Virus record (IMG/VR): IMGVR_UViG_3300030002_000007
Span: 17,479 to 81,478 of that record
Reading direction: 5' to 3' (one strand)
DNA length: 64,000 nt
Source of the DNA: a virus
The notes under the pieces are model-generated. The model did not search any database, was not told the origin of the DNA, and saw only the letters and a program-made list of their open reading frames with translations. Positions 18,465-28,895 of the stretch are shown in pieces (within the stretch, counting starts at the first letter, position 1; every line of letters begins with the position of its first letter). Made by a program: the position numbers and the translations under genes.

Positions 18465-20555
18465 ATGAAAAGCACGACTCGTAAACCCCTAGAGAGTAAG
18501 GCCAATCCTATCTACTTCGCAGACGTGCTTCCAGGTGCAGGGAAGACTCTCTGGGCTATAGAGAAGATGCGAGACTGCATAGACAAGAAGAAGGGCATCA
18601 TCCTCTACGTGGCACCGACTCATGATCTCTTGGACGAAGTCGAGCGGAAGCTAGTCATCAACACTCGTGCTAGTTGTGTCCACCACATTCGCGCTACCAA
18701 CGATGGCGAGTCAACCTCTGTTGCTCTCCGCCTGAAGATCGACGGTGGTGTCTCGCGCTACGGTGCTACTATAAAGCCGTGCAGTCCCGGCACTGTATTA
18801 CTCTGCACTCACGAGACCTTTCTGTATCTCACCACCGATGTGAACTCTTCCATGTATATCAAACGTAGAGCGGAAGTGAATGTCATCTTCGACGAAGCGC
18901 GCAAGTGCGTGCTGTCCGAAACGAAATTCTCCTTACCGAGAGATGCCACTTCAGCCTTTCTGGAAACGTTCATCCACAGAGAGGACGCACCTGCGGGTCA
19001 TGAGTTTGGTCGCGTCCATCTGAAGAAGGACGTGCTAGACACTGAGGCCTTCGACGCCATCTTCTCTAGGAGCAGCAAGCTCCGGCGTTTCCGTAGTCGC
19101 GTGCTTCAGCAGCTAACTGCAATCCGTGGAGACTCTAACATTGAGATGTACGCTAGCATCAAGCGCATGGAGGACGCAGAGGACACCGAGTTCCTATTCC
19201 AGACTATGCTCGTGCCTCGCCACGCCTTCCATGGTTGGAAGAAGGCTGTCCTGCTTGCTGCCTTCTTCAAGAACTCTCAGATGTACCACCTGCTGGCGCA
19301 GTACGACGTGTCCTCTTTGCTAGGGACGACAGACAAGAGTAGTGCTGCTAAGTACGACCAATTGATCCTGTCTGCTGGTGGTGAAGATAAGCTGTGCAAG
19401 CTGATCGACATATCCACTAAGGTGGTTAGGGCTGCAAGGGTCAACGCCATCCTCAAACGCTATAAAGCACTGACCGTCACTTACATCAGCCCCAACACTT
19501 CGTTCACTATGTTTCATCTGCGGAACAGTGTGTTGGTTGGAAATATTGAGCCAGATACTCTAGCCGAGTTCACCTTGGCATACAGAGCGTGGAGTAGGAA
19601 GAGAGGGCACGCTCACATCCCTCTGGCTGCGTCGCTACCTGAGGTCTTCTCAGCCAGCCCTGATCCTGAACTAGTACGCATGTTCAAGCTGCTCAAGATC
19701 CACACGGAGTACTCTAGGCTGACACCTCTTCGTTACTATGTACGTGCAGCCTTTGGGTTATGTCGACGCTGGTTGTCCCAGCATCGGATGAAAAAAGAAA
19801 CTATCCCTATGCTGGTGAACATCGGCACTACGGAAGGATCTAGCTCCCGCAATCGCCACTGGGTGCAGGACGTGATGAAAGTTGTACCTGATCCTGCAGA
19901 CAATTTGTTGGAGGTGCCGTTTGTCAATCATGGCTTGAATAGGTTCAAAGAGTTGAACACTCTTGCCTTCCTCGCTACCCTGAATCCTACACCGACCACG
20001 GCTCGATTGTTTCGTCAGCTATGCCCGAGTTACAATCCCAAGCTAGACCACACTGTCGATCAGGCGATCCAGACGGCGATGCGCATTTCGATACGCGACA
20101 CATCCTCACGCACCAAGCCCCTAGTAGTGGTAACGGACCGTCCGTTGGCCGAAGCAATCGTCGAGCACCTACAGGGTGTGCCGTCCTTAGTTGAACCGCA
20201 GTCGATTTTTTCTGAGTTCCCAAACTTAGATCCATTTTTCTTACCTAGGGAGACGCACGCAGAGAAGAAAGTGAGACTCAAAGCCAATCCCGAGCTCGCA
20301 ACTAAGATGCGTGCCAAACAAGCCAATGCTATGGCCCGGTCCCGTGAGCGCAACGCAGAGCAGATAAAGTACATAAAAGAAAACAGTAAATATGTTAGTG
20401 CAGTAAACACGTTATCAATAAAGGTGACTCGCCTGAAGAAAGACGGAAAGCCGTTTGAGAAGCAGAAACTGGAGCTAACTGCCTTGCGTGAGAAAGCTAA
20501 AATGGAGAGGAAAGAGTTGATAGCGGAATTCAAGAAGGGACAGAGCAATGGTTGA
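18465..20555 (+). CDS. SF2 helicase-like protein (candidate origin-binding protein)
   Basis: Walker A LPGAGKT, YVAPT, CTHETF, VIFDEA, motif VI-like QTAMRISIR; basic C-terminus. Confidence 0.75.
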   Translation: MKSTTRKPLESKANPIYFADVLPGAGKTLWAIEKMRDCIDKKKGIILYVAPTHDLLDEVERKLVINTRASCVHHIRATNDGESTSVALRLKIDGGVSRYGATIKPCSPGTVLLCTHETFLYLTTDVNSSMYIKRRAEVNVIFDEARKCVLSETKFSLPRDATSAFLETFIHREDAPAGHEFGRVHLKKDVLDTEAFDAIFSRSSKLRRFRSRVLQQLTAIRGDSNIEMYASIKRMEDAEDTEFLFQTMLVPRHAFHGWKKAVLLAAFFKNSQMYHLLAQYDVSSLLGTTDKSSAAKYDQLILSAGGEDKLCKLIDISTKVVRAARVNAILKRYKALTVTYISPNTSFTMFHLRNSVLVGNIEPDTLAEFTLAYRAWSRKRGHAHIPLAASLPEVFSASPDPELVRMFKLLKIHTEYSRLTPLRYYVRAAFGLCRRWLSQHRMKKETIPMLVNIGTTEGSSSRNRHWVQDVMKVVPDPADNLLEVPFVNHGLNRFKELNTLAFLATLNPTPTTARLFRQLCPSYNPKLDHTVDQAIQTAMRISIRDTSSRTKPLVVVTDRPLAEAIVEHLQGVPSLVEPQSIFSEFPNLDPFFLPRETHAEKKVRLKANPELATKMRAKQANAMARSRERNAEQIKYIKENSKYVSAVNTLSIKVTRLKKDGKPFEKQKLELTALREKAKMERKELIAEFKKGQSNG

Positions 20556-22071
20556 GAAAAAGAAGAGACCCAAGGAAGACCTAGACTTCTGGATCGACTA
20601 CGAAGCCGCGGTCTCTGCGCTTAACGAGGCGGGCGTTCCAGACACCGTTGGATTCGTGCGTCTGTCTCTGTGGGACAGGATTGCATACTACGGCGCCTTG
20701 CAAGTGGCCAAAGCTCAAGGGAGGATTCCTTCTCCTCCCTCTCCAATACTCCACGCGAAGCCGATGGATCTTCAAGTCCTTCCCGCCGACGTGCCTGAAG
20801 AGAAGAAAGCATTTGAGCTGACTGACGGGCAAGCCACAGCGTGGAAGAAGCTGAAGCGTTTCGTTGCCTCGAAAGAAGACAAGGATGACTTCTTTGTTCT
20901 CCGTGGGTTCGCTGGTACAGGCAAGACGTTCCTCCTCCAGATGCTGAAGGACCTCAACCTCTACAACATTCTCTACACCGCACCGACGAACAAGGCAGCG
21001 AAGGTGCTGTCGTCTATGCTCGAAGTGCAAGCGAAGACGATCTACTCCGCGTTGGGCATTCGCATGGAGTCTGAGGATGATACGGTCGTCCTGAAGTATC
21101 CTGATCGACTGCCAGCGAATCTTCGCAACTGTGTCTTGGTCATTGACGAAGCCTCGATGGTCGGCCAGCAGCTATTGGACTTCATCAAGCGTGCCCAGTA
21201 CGAACTCAACCTGAAGGTGATCTTCGTCGGTGATCCAGCACAGCTAAGGCCAGTAGGCGAAGATCGTTCATACGCTTGGGCTGTGACGGACAGGAAAGAG
21301 AATCGTGCCTTGCTCACGGAGGTCAAGCGAAACGACGCACAGCTCTTGGTTCTAGCAACCGCTCTGCGTCAGTGCTTGCGTACTCGACAGTACGACTTCG
21401 ACGTTGCCGACTACGTGGATGGCGAGCAGGTGAAGCAAGTGTCACAGAAGGAACTCGAACGGATGATGGACGGTGATCCGGACACTCGAGTCTTGGCATG
21501 GCGCAACAAGACAGTCACTCGGTACAATCGAATCATCCGTAAGCGGTTAGGGTTCACCGAAGAGTTCTGCATCGGCGACCTACTGTTGCTCGCGGGTCCG
21601 ATGAATGAGTACGATGCTCAGGGAGAGCCTGTATTGATTGGCAACACAGACGACGAGCTGACAGTGACGCAAGCCATACTCGACTACGTCACAGTGCAGG
21701 AAGTGCAGATCGAGATATGGAAGCTGACATGCAACCTAGACGGATTGACCAAGACGTTGAGGATTGCAACCGACAAGGGGCACGCAGCTCTAGCACCTCT
21801 GCTCTCTCGCATGGCAGCGAAGGCCCGGAAATTCGACAAGACCAAATCATCTATCGGTCAAGTTACGTGGAAGGACTTCTGGCGAGTGAAGAACACCTTC
21901 CATCGTGTTCGGTATGGCTGGGCATTGACCGCACACCGTGCCCAAGGTTCAACGATGAAGCGCGTGCTAGTTGATCAGGCAGACATCCTCGCTAACAGGG
22001 AGACAGCAGAAGCCTTCCAGTGCCTCTATGTCACCAGTACTCGACCCTCTCACGAAATCGTTTTCAACTAA
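20548..22071 (+). CDS. Dda/RecD-like SF1B DNA helicase
   Basis: GFAGTGKT, APTNKAA, IDEASMV, GDPAQL.PV, ALTAHRAQGST. Confidence 0.92.
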   Translation: MVEKKKRPKEDLDFWIDYEAAVSALNEAGVPDTVGFVRLSLWDRIAYYGALQVAKAQGRIPSPPSPILHAKPMDLQVLPADVPEEKKAFELTDGQATAWKKLKRFVASKEDKDDFFVLRGFAGTGKTFLLQMLKDLNLYNILYTAPTNKAAKVLSSMLEVQAKTIYSALGIRMESEDDTVVLKYPDRLPANLRNCVLVIDEASMVGQQLLDFIKRAQYELNLKVIFVGDPAQLRPVGEDRSYAWAVTDRKENRALLTEVKRNDAQLLVLATALRQCLRTRQYDFDVADYVDGEQVKQVSQKELERMMDGDPDTRVLAWRNKTVTRYNRIIRKRLGFTEEFCIGDLLLLAGPMNEYDAQGEPVLIGNTDDELTVTQAILDYVTVQEVQIEIWKLTCNLDGLTKTLRIATDKGHAALAPLLSRMAAKARKFDKTKSSIGQVTWKDFWRVKNTFHRVRYGWALTAHRAQGSTMKRVLVDQADILANRETAEAFQCLYVTSTRPSHEIVFN

Positions 22072-22084
22072 AGAAGGGATGCAT

Positions 22085-22486
22085 ATGTTTTCAGCAATAT
22101 GGAATGGGATACTCGATCATGTCTATCGTAACAGATTCACAGCTGCAGTGCAGGCAGCAGAGCACGAACTCATGGAGCTTCAGGCTGAACTGAGAGAGGT
22201 CAAGGAAAGACACAAGCTGCTGTCTGCTGCGATCCAAAGTCTAGAGCAGGCTGATGCGAATTTCGCCATTGCCTTCTCTGCGATGAATGCCTTCTCTATT
22301 GAACGCATCCCTCGCTGTACTATAGAGGGGGCGACTGCCGAAAGCTACGGAGTCCCCTGCAAGTCTGTCGTCGGTTATTTCTTCAAAGACGAAGTGCGCG
22401 AGTGGATGTTCACTTGCAGCCTCGCCACCCATCAACGACTCGTTCTCGAATTCAAGGAGTATCAAGCAGCTAAAACCAAGAACTAA
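22085..22486 (+). CDS. hypothetical protein
   Basis: Coiled-coil N-terminus. Confidence 0.6.
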   Translation: MFSAIWNGILDHVYRNRFTAAVQAAEHELMELQAELREVKERHKLLSAAIQSLEQADANFAIAFSAMNAFSIERIPRCTIEGATAESYGVPCKSVVGYFFKDEVREWMFTCSLATHQRLVLEFKEYQAAKTKN

Positions 22487-22560
22487 CCTGTTGTAAATAT
22501 CGCATGGAATGGTTAGCGCGACCATTCATCACTTACAAACCTCATGAGGAGCACAAAAGC

Positions 22561-23244
22561 ATGGCAATAAAATACCTTGGCATTGAAGAGCTAGAAACCG
22601 GAGCGGCCACCGATCCGATTTGGGCAATCAACACAGCCTCCAGTTCGGAGATCGGAGTGTCCGGTGAAGTGCATATCGGCATCCCGAAGATCAACGGCTC
22701 GAAGATCGATCCCCTGCACATTCCGCAAACCTGGTTGGCAATCGAACTGACGCGCACCATTCCGCGTAGCCAACTTCTGCATGCGTCCGAATTCCGGACG
22801 GCCATCGACAACCAGCTCATTCAGTGCGTGAGCGCGAAGAGCGCAGCGTCGATCAATTCGCAAGAAGGTGCAGACGAAGAGCGTAGTCGATTGGCCGAGT
22901 TCCGTCGGCATGTTCGCGCAGCGGGTGCCGCTCGTACGCTGGGCAAAGGCATTGGCGAGATCAAGATGGTGACGGTCGGCAATGGGGCAGATGACGATGC
23001 AGACGGCGAGACGCAAGTCATCGGCGGTGGCGAGGATGACGAAGAGGACAGCCCGAAGAAAGGTTTGACGGCCGGCTTCCTCACGTTCGCGGAACGCCTC
23101 CCGTCCAAGAGCGACATCGTGGTGTTGAACGAGATCAAGAGCCGTCGCACCTTCTCACGTAAGGAGATGGTCTACCTGCAGACGCTTCTGAAGGACAAGC
23201 CGAAAACGCACGCGGCGATCTCGAAGCAGCTCAAGAGCAAGTAA
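22561..23244 (+). CDS. hypothetical protein
   Basis: RBS GAGGAG, strong codon bias, followed by a terminator. Confidence 0.75.
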   Translation: MAIKYLGIEELETGAATDPIWAINTASSSEIGVSGEVHIGIPKINGSKIDPLHIPQTWLAIELTRTIPRSQLLHASEFRTAIDNQLIQCVSAKSAASINSQEGADEERSRLAEFRRHVRAAGAARTLGKGIGEIKMVTVGNGADDDADGETQVIGGGEDDEEDSPKKGLTAGFLTFAERLPSKSDIVVLNEIKSRRTFSRKEMVYLQTLLKDKPKTHAAISKQLKSK

Positions 23245-23265
23245 AGTTTACTGGCACGCGTAGTC

Positions 23266-23305
23266 ATGGGGAGTCTTCCTTTTCATCGGGAGATTCCCCA
23301 TTTTT
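23266..23305 (+). terminator. rho-independent terminator
   Basis: ATGGGGAGTCTTCC / GGGAGATTCCCCAT stem + T run. Confidence 0.75.
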
Positions 23306-23508
23306 CGTTTGTGCTCTCGTTTGTAGCACGGCCCAGTTGCGTATAGTTCAGCACTGCAAAAACGACCCGCAACCCCTGCATTTCCAAGGGTTACGTCACT
23401 TTGCCTGTTAGTCGCCTTTTCCCTCGAAAACAGCCCAAAAAGAGGCGAAAAAGAGCAGTAAACCCCTGTAACTCATTGATTTTGTAGGGAAAAACAGGCT
23501 AAAAACCC

Positions 23509-23562
23509 TTGATTTTGGGGCATTTTTCCTGTAAAATGGAGTTGTAGCAAATCCGTTCATCA
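23509..23562 (+). promoter_or_regulatory. sigma70-type early promoter, repeat copy 1
   Basis: TTGATT-17-TAAAAT within TTTTCCTGTAAAATGRRGTTGTAG; IHF consensus at 23469-23481. Confidence 0.7.
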
Positions 23563-23586
23563 ATCCATAAGGAAGGAAAAATCAAA

Positions 23587-23838
23587 ATGAGTAACTCGAA
23601 AAAGAACAAAGTCACCAAAGGCCAAATGCTTGACCTGTTGGCATTCATAGTTGTTACCAAGCCAACTACGCTCAAGATGGTGCCGAAGTGCATTAGCAAG
23701 CTGGCACTCAAAGACGACTTGATCGTCAAGCACACCGTCGGCAAGCGTAGCTACGCGATCCGTCCAAACGGGCGTCGCCTTCTGACCGAGCAGTTTGCCC
23801 GCTGCACCCAAGTCATGGCATTGCTCGCAAATTGGTAA
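23587..23838 (+). CDS. small basic hypothetical protein
   Basis: RBS, first gene after the promoter. Confidence 0.65.
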   Translation: MSNSKKNKVTKGQMLDLLAFIVVTKPTTLKMVPKCISKLALKDDLIVKHTVGKRSYAIRPNGRRLLTEQFARCTQVMALLANW

Positions 23839-23919
23839 TCGTTTTTTGTCACACCGGGAACTCGGAAGGGTTCCCTCTCCTGTTTTTCCAACCCGTAGTT
23901 CATTTCTGGAGTTTCAACA

Positions 23920-24462
23920 ATGTCTTCTGCAAAATCCACCAAAGCCATCATCCCCTCCGTCAATCGTCATGGTGTTGCGCTGATCGCGTTGCAGCCGGGT
24001 ACGCTTGTCAACGTTCGCAAGGTTGAAGTTTCTGATTGCGTCGAAGGTAATCCCAATGTCGTTCCTGCTCTAATCATGAGCAGCATGATCGGCGTCGGCG
24101 ATGTTCGCGGCACTACGATGACTTCGAGCAAGCAAATGAAAGAGCTGAATCGGCGTCGGCTCGTGGTGATGGTGCGTACTCTGCCCGAGGTGTATGAGCT
24201 GTTCACGGTTAGCGTCAAGCATATCTGCTGGAGCTTCGGTCCGTTGGATTTGGAACAGAGCGCATCACTTACCACGAAGATGACACCTGCAGTCAGTGAC
24301 GCTCCGAAAATTGACACGCCTGCAGTCACAGTGGCGGCAGTTAAGGAAGTCAAGCCTAACACGATCACGCAACCGAAAGTGACAAAGCCGCGCAGTCGTA
24401 GCAAGACAGCAACAGGCGTGGTGCAGACGCCGGGCCTTCGTGACAAGCCCGCATTTGCGTAA
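23920..24462 (+). CDS. hypothetical protein
   Basis: RBS GGAG. Confidence 0.7.
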   Translation: MSSAKSTKAIIPSVNRHGVALIALQPGTLVNVRKVEVSDCVEGNPNVVPALIMSSMIGVGDVRGTTMTSSKQMKELNRRRLVVMVRTLPEVYELFTVSVKHICWSFGPLDLEQSASLTTKMTPAVSDAPKIDTPAVTVAAVKEVKPNTITQPKVTKPRSRSKTATGVVQTPGLRDKPAFA

Positions 24463-24534
24463 TTGATCCACTGAAGCACGGGGTTGGGTGCGTTCTCCCA
24501 ACCCCCATTGAGTTTATGAATGGGAGATTTCATC

Positions 24535-24873
24535 ATGGCATCACGCGACTTGTGGTTCACGGAAAAAGCACCGACGATCAAATGTATTCATTGTGGTCAG
24601 CCGAAGATGAGCCACTTGGCCGTCACGCATCATTGCCCCTTGGGTGCCAAGAATCGCACCCTTGGATATACCCAGTACAGCAACACGAAGCGCTTCGCAC
24701 CCAAGCCCCTGACCTTGCGTAAGGTGTGGCTGGACAATCGTGCAGCCCTTGAAGTGTATTTGCAGTCGCACGGTTTCGTTGGCGTGTATCCAAAGAGCCT
24801 GCGCCTCCTTCAAGCCTTGGTGCAGGATACCAACGACACCTACCTGTCTCGCCCGAAGTCCTGCAAGCCCTGA
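24535..24873 (+). CDS. hypothetical protein (CxxC..H)
   Basis: RBS GGGAG. Confidence 0.6.
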   Translation: MASRDLWFTEKAPTIKCIHCGQPKMSHLAVTHHCPLGAKNRTLGYTQYSNTKRFAPKPLTLRKVWLDNRAALEVYLQSHGFVGVYPKSLRLLQALVQDTNDTYLSRPKSCKP

Positions 24874-24949
24874 TTTTTCAAGTCGCTGTAAATACACAGT
24901 GACGGTATTTCGTTTTAATCATCCGCCGTTTCATCATTAGGAGATTCCA

Positions 24950-25372
24950 GTGAAAGCAGTTATCTATCAGTTGTTCGCTACCTCAGACATGTTCAGTATC
25001 CCCGAAGCTGAAGCCTACCACGCATTGCAGCACGGGCACTATGTCGTCAAGGCGTTGTACGACGACGAAGCACGCCAAGGCGCCGCCGTGCAGGTGTTCA
25101 ATCGGAAATTCCCGAACCTGCATTACAACGCTGTGGCCTCCATGCAGTTCGATCCGGAGAACAAGATGACGTTTCTCCAAGCCCTCAATCTGGTCTTCGA
25201 CAAGACGAACAACATCGACGAGCCGTGGACGGGTAATGCGGAGATTACTCACAAGCTGAGTTCATCATTGCCGTCTCTGCGCGTCGGTGATCTGATCAAG
25301 TTCAACAAACAGGGCTACTTCTTGGTCGACCCCGTCGGCTTTTCCAAACTCAAAATCGAAAGCGCAAAATGA
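24950..25372 (+). CDS. YodL-like hypothetical protein
   Basis: C-terminal SLRVGDLI...YFLVDPVGF. Confidence 0.55.
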   Translation: MKAVIYQLFATSDMFSIPEAEAYHALQHGHYVVKALYDDEARQGAAVQVFNRKFPNLHYNAVASMQFDPENKMTFLQALNLVFDKTNNIDEPWTGNAEITHKLSSSLPSLRVGDLIKFNKQGYFLVDPVGFSKLKIESAK

Positions 25373-27246
25373 AAACGGCTATGACACTCAAAGAAATGCA
25401 AGCCCAGTACCTTGCGGCCAAAGAGGCTTACTACAACGAAGAACCGATCATGACCGACAAGGCTTTCGACAAGTTGGAAAACGACATTCGTGCCTTAGCT
25501 CCCAAGTGGAAAGAGCTGGCGAAGACGGGCGTTGAAGCCGACAAGAAGATGAAGGCTGAGCTGCCGAATTACATGCCGTCGTTGAACAAGTGCTACCCTG
25601 AGCAGTTCCCAAAATGGCTCACCAAGCGGAACGCTGATTCCCACCTGCTCATGGACAAGCTGGACGGGTCGGCGTTGCATGTGTCGTACTTGAACGGCAA
25701 GCCCTTCACTGTCATGACTCGCGGCGACGGCACCATCGGCGGTGACATTAGCTTCATGGCGAAGAAGCTCAACCTTCCGACGATTAAGGACAAGGCCCCA
25801 CGTAGCATGCGTTGCGAAGCGGTCATCTCGAAGAAGAACTTCAAGAAGTGGGCGAAGGATTTTGACAATCCCCGCAACATGGTCAATGGGCTGCTGAATA
25901 GAAAGGCCACCGAGCGGGCCCACCCTGCATTGAAGGATGTGGACATAGTGGTGTTGGGTGTGTATGGTTCGATCATGACTTCGTCACCAGCAGACGACGT
26001 ACCGCGAGGTCTTGAGTGGGCCAAAGCCCAGGGCTTCAAGACTGTGGCTCACATCATCACAGACAACGTGCTCGATAACGTCAGCGTCGCTCTAGCCCAT
26101 CGCAAAGAGAAATCGCCCTACGAGATTGACGGCTTGGTCGTCACATCACCGGGTACTCTGTTCCAGTACTCGAATGCCGAGAAGCCCGGTTGGGTCACAG
26201 CGTACAAAGAGAATCTTGATTCGACAGCGGCAGAGGCCGTAGTCGAGCAGATCATCTATCAGGTATCGAATCGTCGTCGGATCATTCCGAAGATCCAAAT
26301 CGAGCCGGTGAAGCTTGACGGAGCGATGGTGCGTTTTGCCACTTGCCATAACGCGAAGTGGATGCGTGATCGTAAGATCGGACCGGGAGCTGTCATTCGT
26401 ATTCTGCGGTCGGGTGGTGTGATCCCGAAGATCATTGCGGTCACGAAGCCGGGTGTGTTTCAAGAGCCTGATATTAAGTACCGTTTGCTTGGAGTGCATT
26501 TCGTTGTCGATGGTAACGATGATGAAAAAGCAAATCGCACTATCGGCATTCAGTCGGCCAACAAGTTCTTGGGTACGTTGGGTGTCGAGTTCATTGCCGT
26601 CAAGACGATCGAAACTCTGTACGATGCAGGCTGCACAACGCCTTTCCATTACATGAGCTTGGCAAGCAAGGGCAACGTTGCTCCTATGCTCAAGGCCGGC
26701 ATCGGTGATGCTAATGCCAAGAAGATCATGGGCGAATTGAAGCGTGCGTTCTCCCCGTGCAGTCTGTTGAAGTTGATGGTTGCCTCAAACCTGTTTGGCG
26801 TTGGCGTTGGTGAACGGCGTTTGACGGCAATCCAAGCAGCGGGAATATCAATGACGAAATTGATGGCCATGGATGAAGACACCGCCCTCAACGCAATCGT
26901 CAAGATCCCCGGCTTCCAAAGCACTACGGCAGGGTTGGTCGTTGCAGGGTTGCCACGGTTCAAGAAGTTCTTGGCGACGGCTAAGAAGTACATCACGGTG
27001 AAAGACCTGAAGCCTGTAGCGAAGAAAGTGGTGCAGGGTAAGCTGACAGGTCAGAAGGTGTCGTGGACGGGCTATCGTGACAGCACCGAAGAAGCGGCAG
27101 TTGAAGCGGCAGGTGGCGAGGTCGTGAGTTTCGGATCGAAGACGACGGTGCTTCTGTATAAGCCCACAGGTAAGCCGTCGGCAAAAGTTGCGAAGGCAAA
27201 AGCCTCAGGCATCAAGGTTGTTCAATTCAAGGACCTCAAGGTCTAA
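25369..27246 (+). CDS. NAD-dependent DNA ligase
   Basis: YY...PIMTD.AFD, KLDG, TRGDG, NPRN, YEIDG, ATCHN, RSGGVIP, C-terminal BRCT-like domain. Confidence 0.95.
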   Translation: MKTAMTLKEMQAQYLAAKEAYYNEEPIMTDKAFDKLENDIRALAPKWKELAKTGVEADKKMKAELPNYMPSLNKCYPEQFPKWLTKRNADSHLLMDKLDGSALHVSYLNGKPFTVMTRGDGTIGGDISFMAKKLNLPTIKDKAPRSMRCEAVISKKNFKKWAKDFDNPRNMVNGLLNRKATERAHPALKDVDIVVLGVYGSIMTSSPADDVPRGLEWAKAQGFKTVAHIITDNVLDNVSVALAHRKEKSPYEIDGLVVTSPGTLFQYSNAEKPGWVTAYKENLDSTAAEAVVEQIIYQVSNRRRIIPKIQIEPVKLDGAMVRFATCHNAKWMRDRKIGPGAVIRILRSGGVIPKIIAVTKPGVFQEPDIKYRLLGVHFVVDGNDDEKANRTIGIQSANKFLGTLGVEFIAVKTIETLYDAGCTTPFHYMSLASKGNVAPMLKAGIGDANAKKIMGELKRAFSPCSLLKLMVASNLFGVGVGERRLTAIQAAGISMTKLMAMDEDTALNAIVKIPGFQSTTAGLVVAGLPRFKKFLATAKKYITVKDLKPVAKKVVQGKLTGQKVSWTGYRDSTEEAAVEAAGGEVVSFGSKTTVLLYKPTGKPSAKVAKAKASGIKVVQFKDLKV

Positions 27247-27259
27247 GGAAGGAATCGTC

Positions 27260-27475
27260 ATGGGAATTTTCGGTACTATACTTAAAGTTGGGGTAAACAT
27301 CGCAGTCGGTTTTGCGGATAGCGCCTTGCTCGGAGCTGCGGCTAATCGGTTGCCTAAGTCAGGGCGTCAAGGACTTATTGGCTACGGCCTGCAGAAGAAA
27401 GACGGCAGTCACGATCACCGCTACAACAAGGGATCGGATCGCACCCCCGCGCAGCAAGCTGGCGACAAGAAGTAA
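27260..27475 (+). CDS. small hypothetical protein
   Basis: RBS; GSHDHRYNKGSDRTPAQ. Confidence 0.6.
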   Translation: MGIFGTILKVGVNIAVGFADSALLGAAANRLPKSGRQGLIGYGLQKKDGSHDHRYNKGSDRTPAQQAGDKK

Positions 27476-27492
27476 TCAACTAGAGGGAGATT

Positions 27493-28050
27493 GTGATGTG
27501 TTCTATTCTTGAACGAGTAAGTGTCATGTCTGCACCTGACGAGACTCCTAGGCACTCGCCGTATGGTTACGTGATCCAGCCAGACGGCACGGCGTACGCA
27601 CTTTTGCAAGAGTTCTGTCATGGCTTCGTGTTGGCCTGTTTGTACCCTGAAGCCTTGGCAGAGTACAGAGAGGAAGATCCGCGGTACGAGACAGTCGGCG
27701 ATGAATCGGTCGAGGTTTACACTTTGTCGATTCCCGAGAGCGTCGATGACATAAACGTGTTTGCTTTCCAGCGCTTTGAGGGTGCCCAAGAAGGAAAGCT
27801 TCCGGCAATTCGTATCTGCACATCTCGCATGTTCGGAGATACCACCGTGGATCTTCCGAAGGAGCCCTGCCCTGATAGGCAAATCCTGACGCTTGAGCGC
27901 ACCCTCTACAAGAGCCTTGAGCATTCTCCTGAGGACGATGTGCAGATGGACTTCGCACAGACCACGATGAAAAAGTGCTTGATGCTCGCCGTCAAGGATA
28001 GCGATGAGCGCTTCAAGCTGATCTACGACAAGCGAGGCCAAGAATGGTAA
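27493..28050 (+). CDS. hypothetical protein
   Basis: ORF with RBS; start uncertain. Confidence 0.65.
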   Translation: MMCSILERVSVMSAPDETPRHSPYGYVIQPDGTAYALLQEFCHGFVLACLYPEALAEYREEDPRYETVGDESVEVYTLSIPESVDDINVFAFQRFEGAQEGKLPAIRICTSRMFGDTTVDLPKEPCPDRQILTLERTLYKSLEHSPEDDVQMDFAQTTMKKCLMLAVKDSDERFKLIYDKRGQEW

Positions 28051-28541
28051 CGCTTCCCTCGCACGTGTTCTTCACACCCAAGCGTTATTTTTGGGCATTG
28101 ATGCAAGAGCTATACAGCTGTGCAGTGACAGTTACTGATTGCGGCTGCGGCATGGGGATTCTTTTGGGCATGGCTGATTACTTCAAGCTCCCAATGCGCG
28201 GGGTCGACATTTGCCATCGCGAGGCTTTATCGAACAAGATCGAGTTCATTGATGCTACTACACTGAGCTGGAGTTCGTCAGAGTGGCCTATGCTGTGTAG
28301 GCCCTCGCATGGTCAGTGGATCGGGACAATGATCGATCGAGTTCGAGCTGACGGGTCGTGCATGATCTACATTGGCTTACCCCGCAACGTGAAGCGTGAT
28401 CTTGCAGGTGCTCGTTTCGTCAAGATCACCACCAAGCCCGTTGGTATTGATGGAGAACATTTCTACGTAGTCCCATCCAACGGATTTCCTTACTGGCCCA
28501 CCATACGCGATGCTTTGAAGCGCGTGCCTTATTTGGAGTAG
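28044..28541 (+). CDS. class I SAM-dependent methyltransferase-like protein
   Basis: Motif I VTDCGCGMG, RGVDI, IDA. Confidence 0.5.
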   Translation: MVTLPSHVFFTPKRYFWALMQELYSCAVTVTDCGCGMGILLGMADYFKLPMRGVDICHREALSNKIEFIDATTLSWSSSEWPMLCRPSHGQWIGTMIDRVRADGSCMIYIGLPRNVKRDLAGARFVKITTKPVGIDGEHFYVVPSNGFPYWPTIRDALKRVPYLE

Positions 28542-28544
28542 CGC

Positions 28545-28736
28545 ATGACTTTGAAAACTCAATTCACTTTGGGTGACGTAACTCCCGACTCTATCGGAGA
28601 GAATCCCCAGTGGCGTTACATCCACATGGTAACCCCTCGACCCAACCGAGATCCTGCACGGCAGACGATCGTGCTTCCTGAGAAGGATGCGTACTTGCTG
28701 TTCGGTGCGGCTGAATTGGTCGATAAAGTCGGTTAA
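28545..28736 (+). CDS. hypothetical protein
   Basis: RBS GGAG. Confidence 0.55.
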   Translation: MTLKTQFTLGDVTPDSIGENPQWRYIHMVTPRPNRDPARQTIVLPEKDAYLLFGAAELVDKVG

Positions 28737-28824
28737 ACCCTTGATTTTGGGCAGTTTCGGCAGTTTTTTCATGCTGATTCTGCCCAAAAGTGCGTCCTAA
28801 CCCCGGTTTTCATGCTGATATTGC

Positions 28825-28878
28825 TTGTTTTAACGTACTTTTTCCTGTAAAATGGGGTTGTAGGCAATCCGTTTATCA
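28825..28878 (+). promoter_or_regulatory. sigma70-type early promoter, repeat copy 2
   Basis: TTGTTT-17-TAAAAT in the same conserved block; IHF consensus at 28734-28746; TTTTCATGCTGAT twice upstream. Confidence 0.7.
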
Positions 28879-28895
28879 CTTATCAGGAGATCACC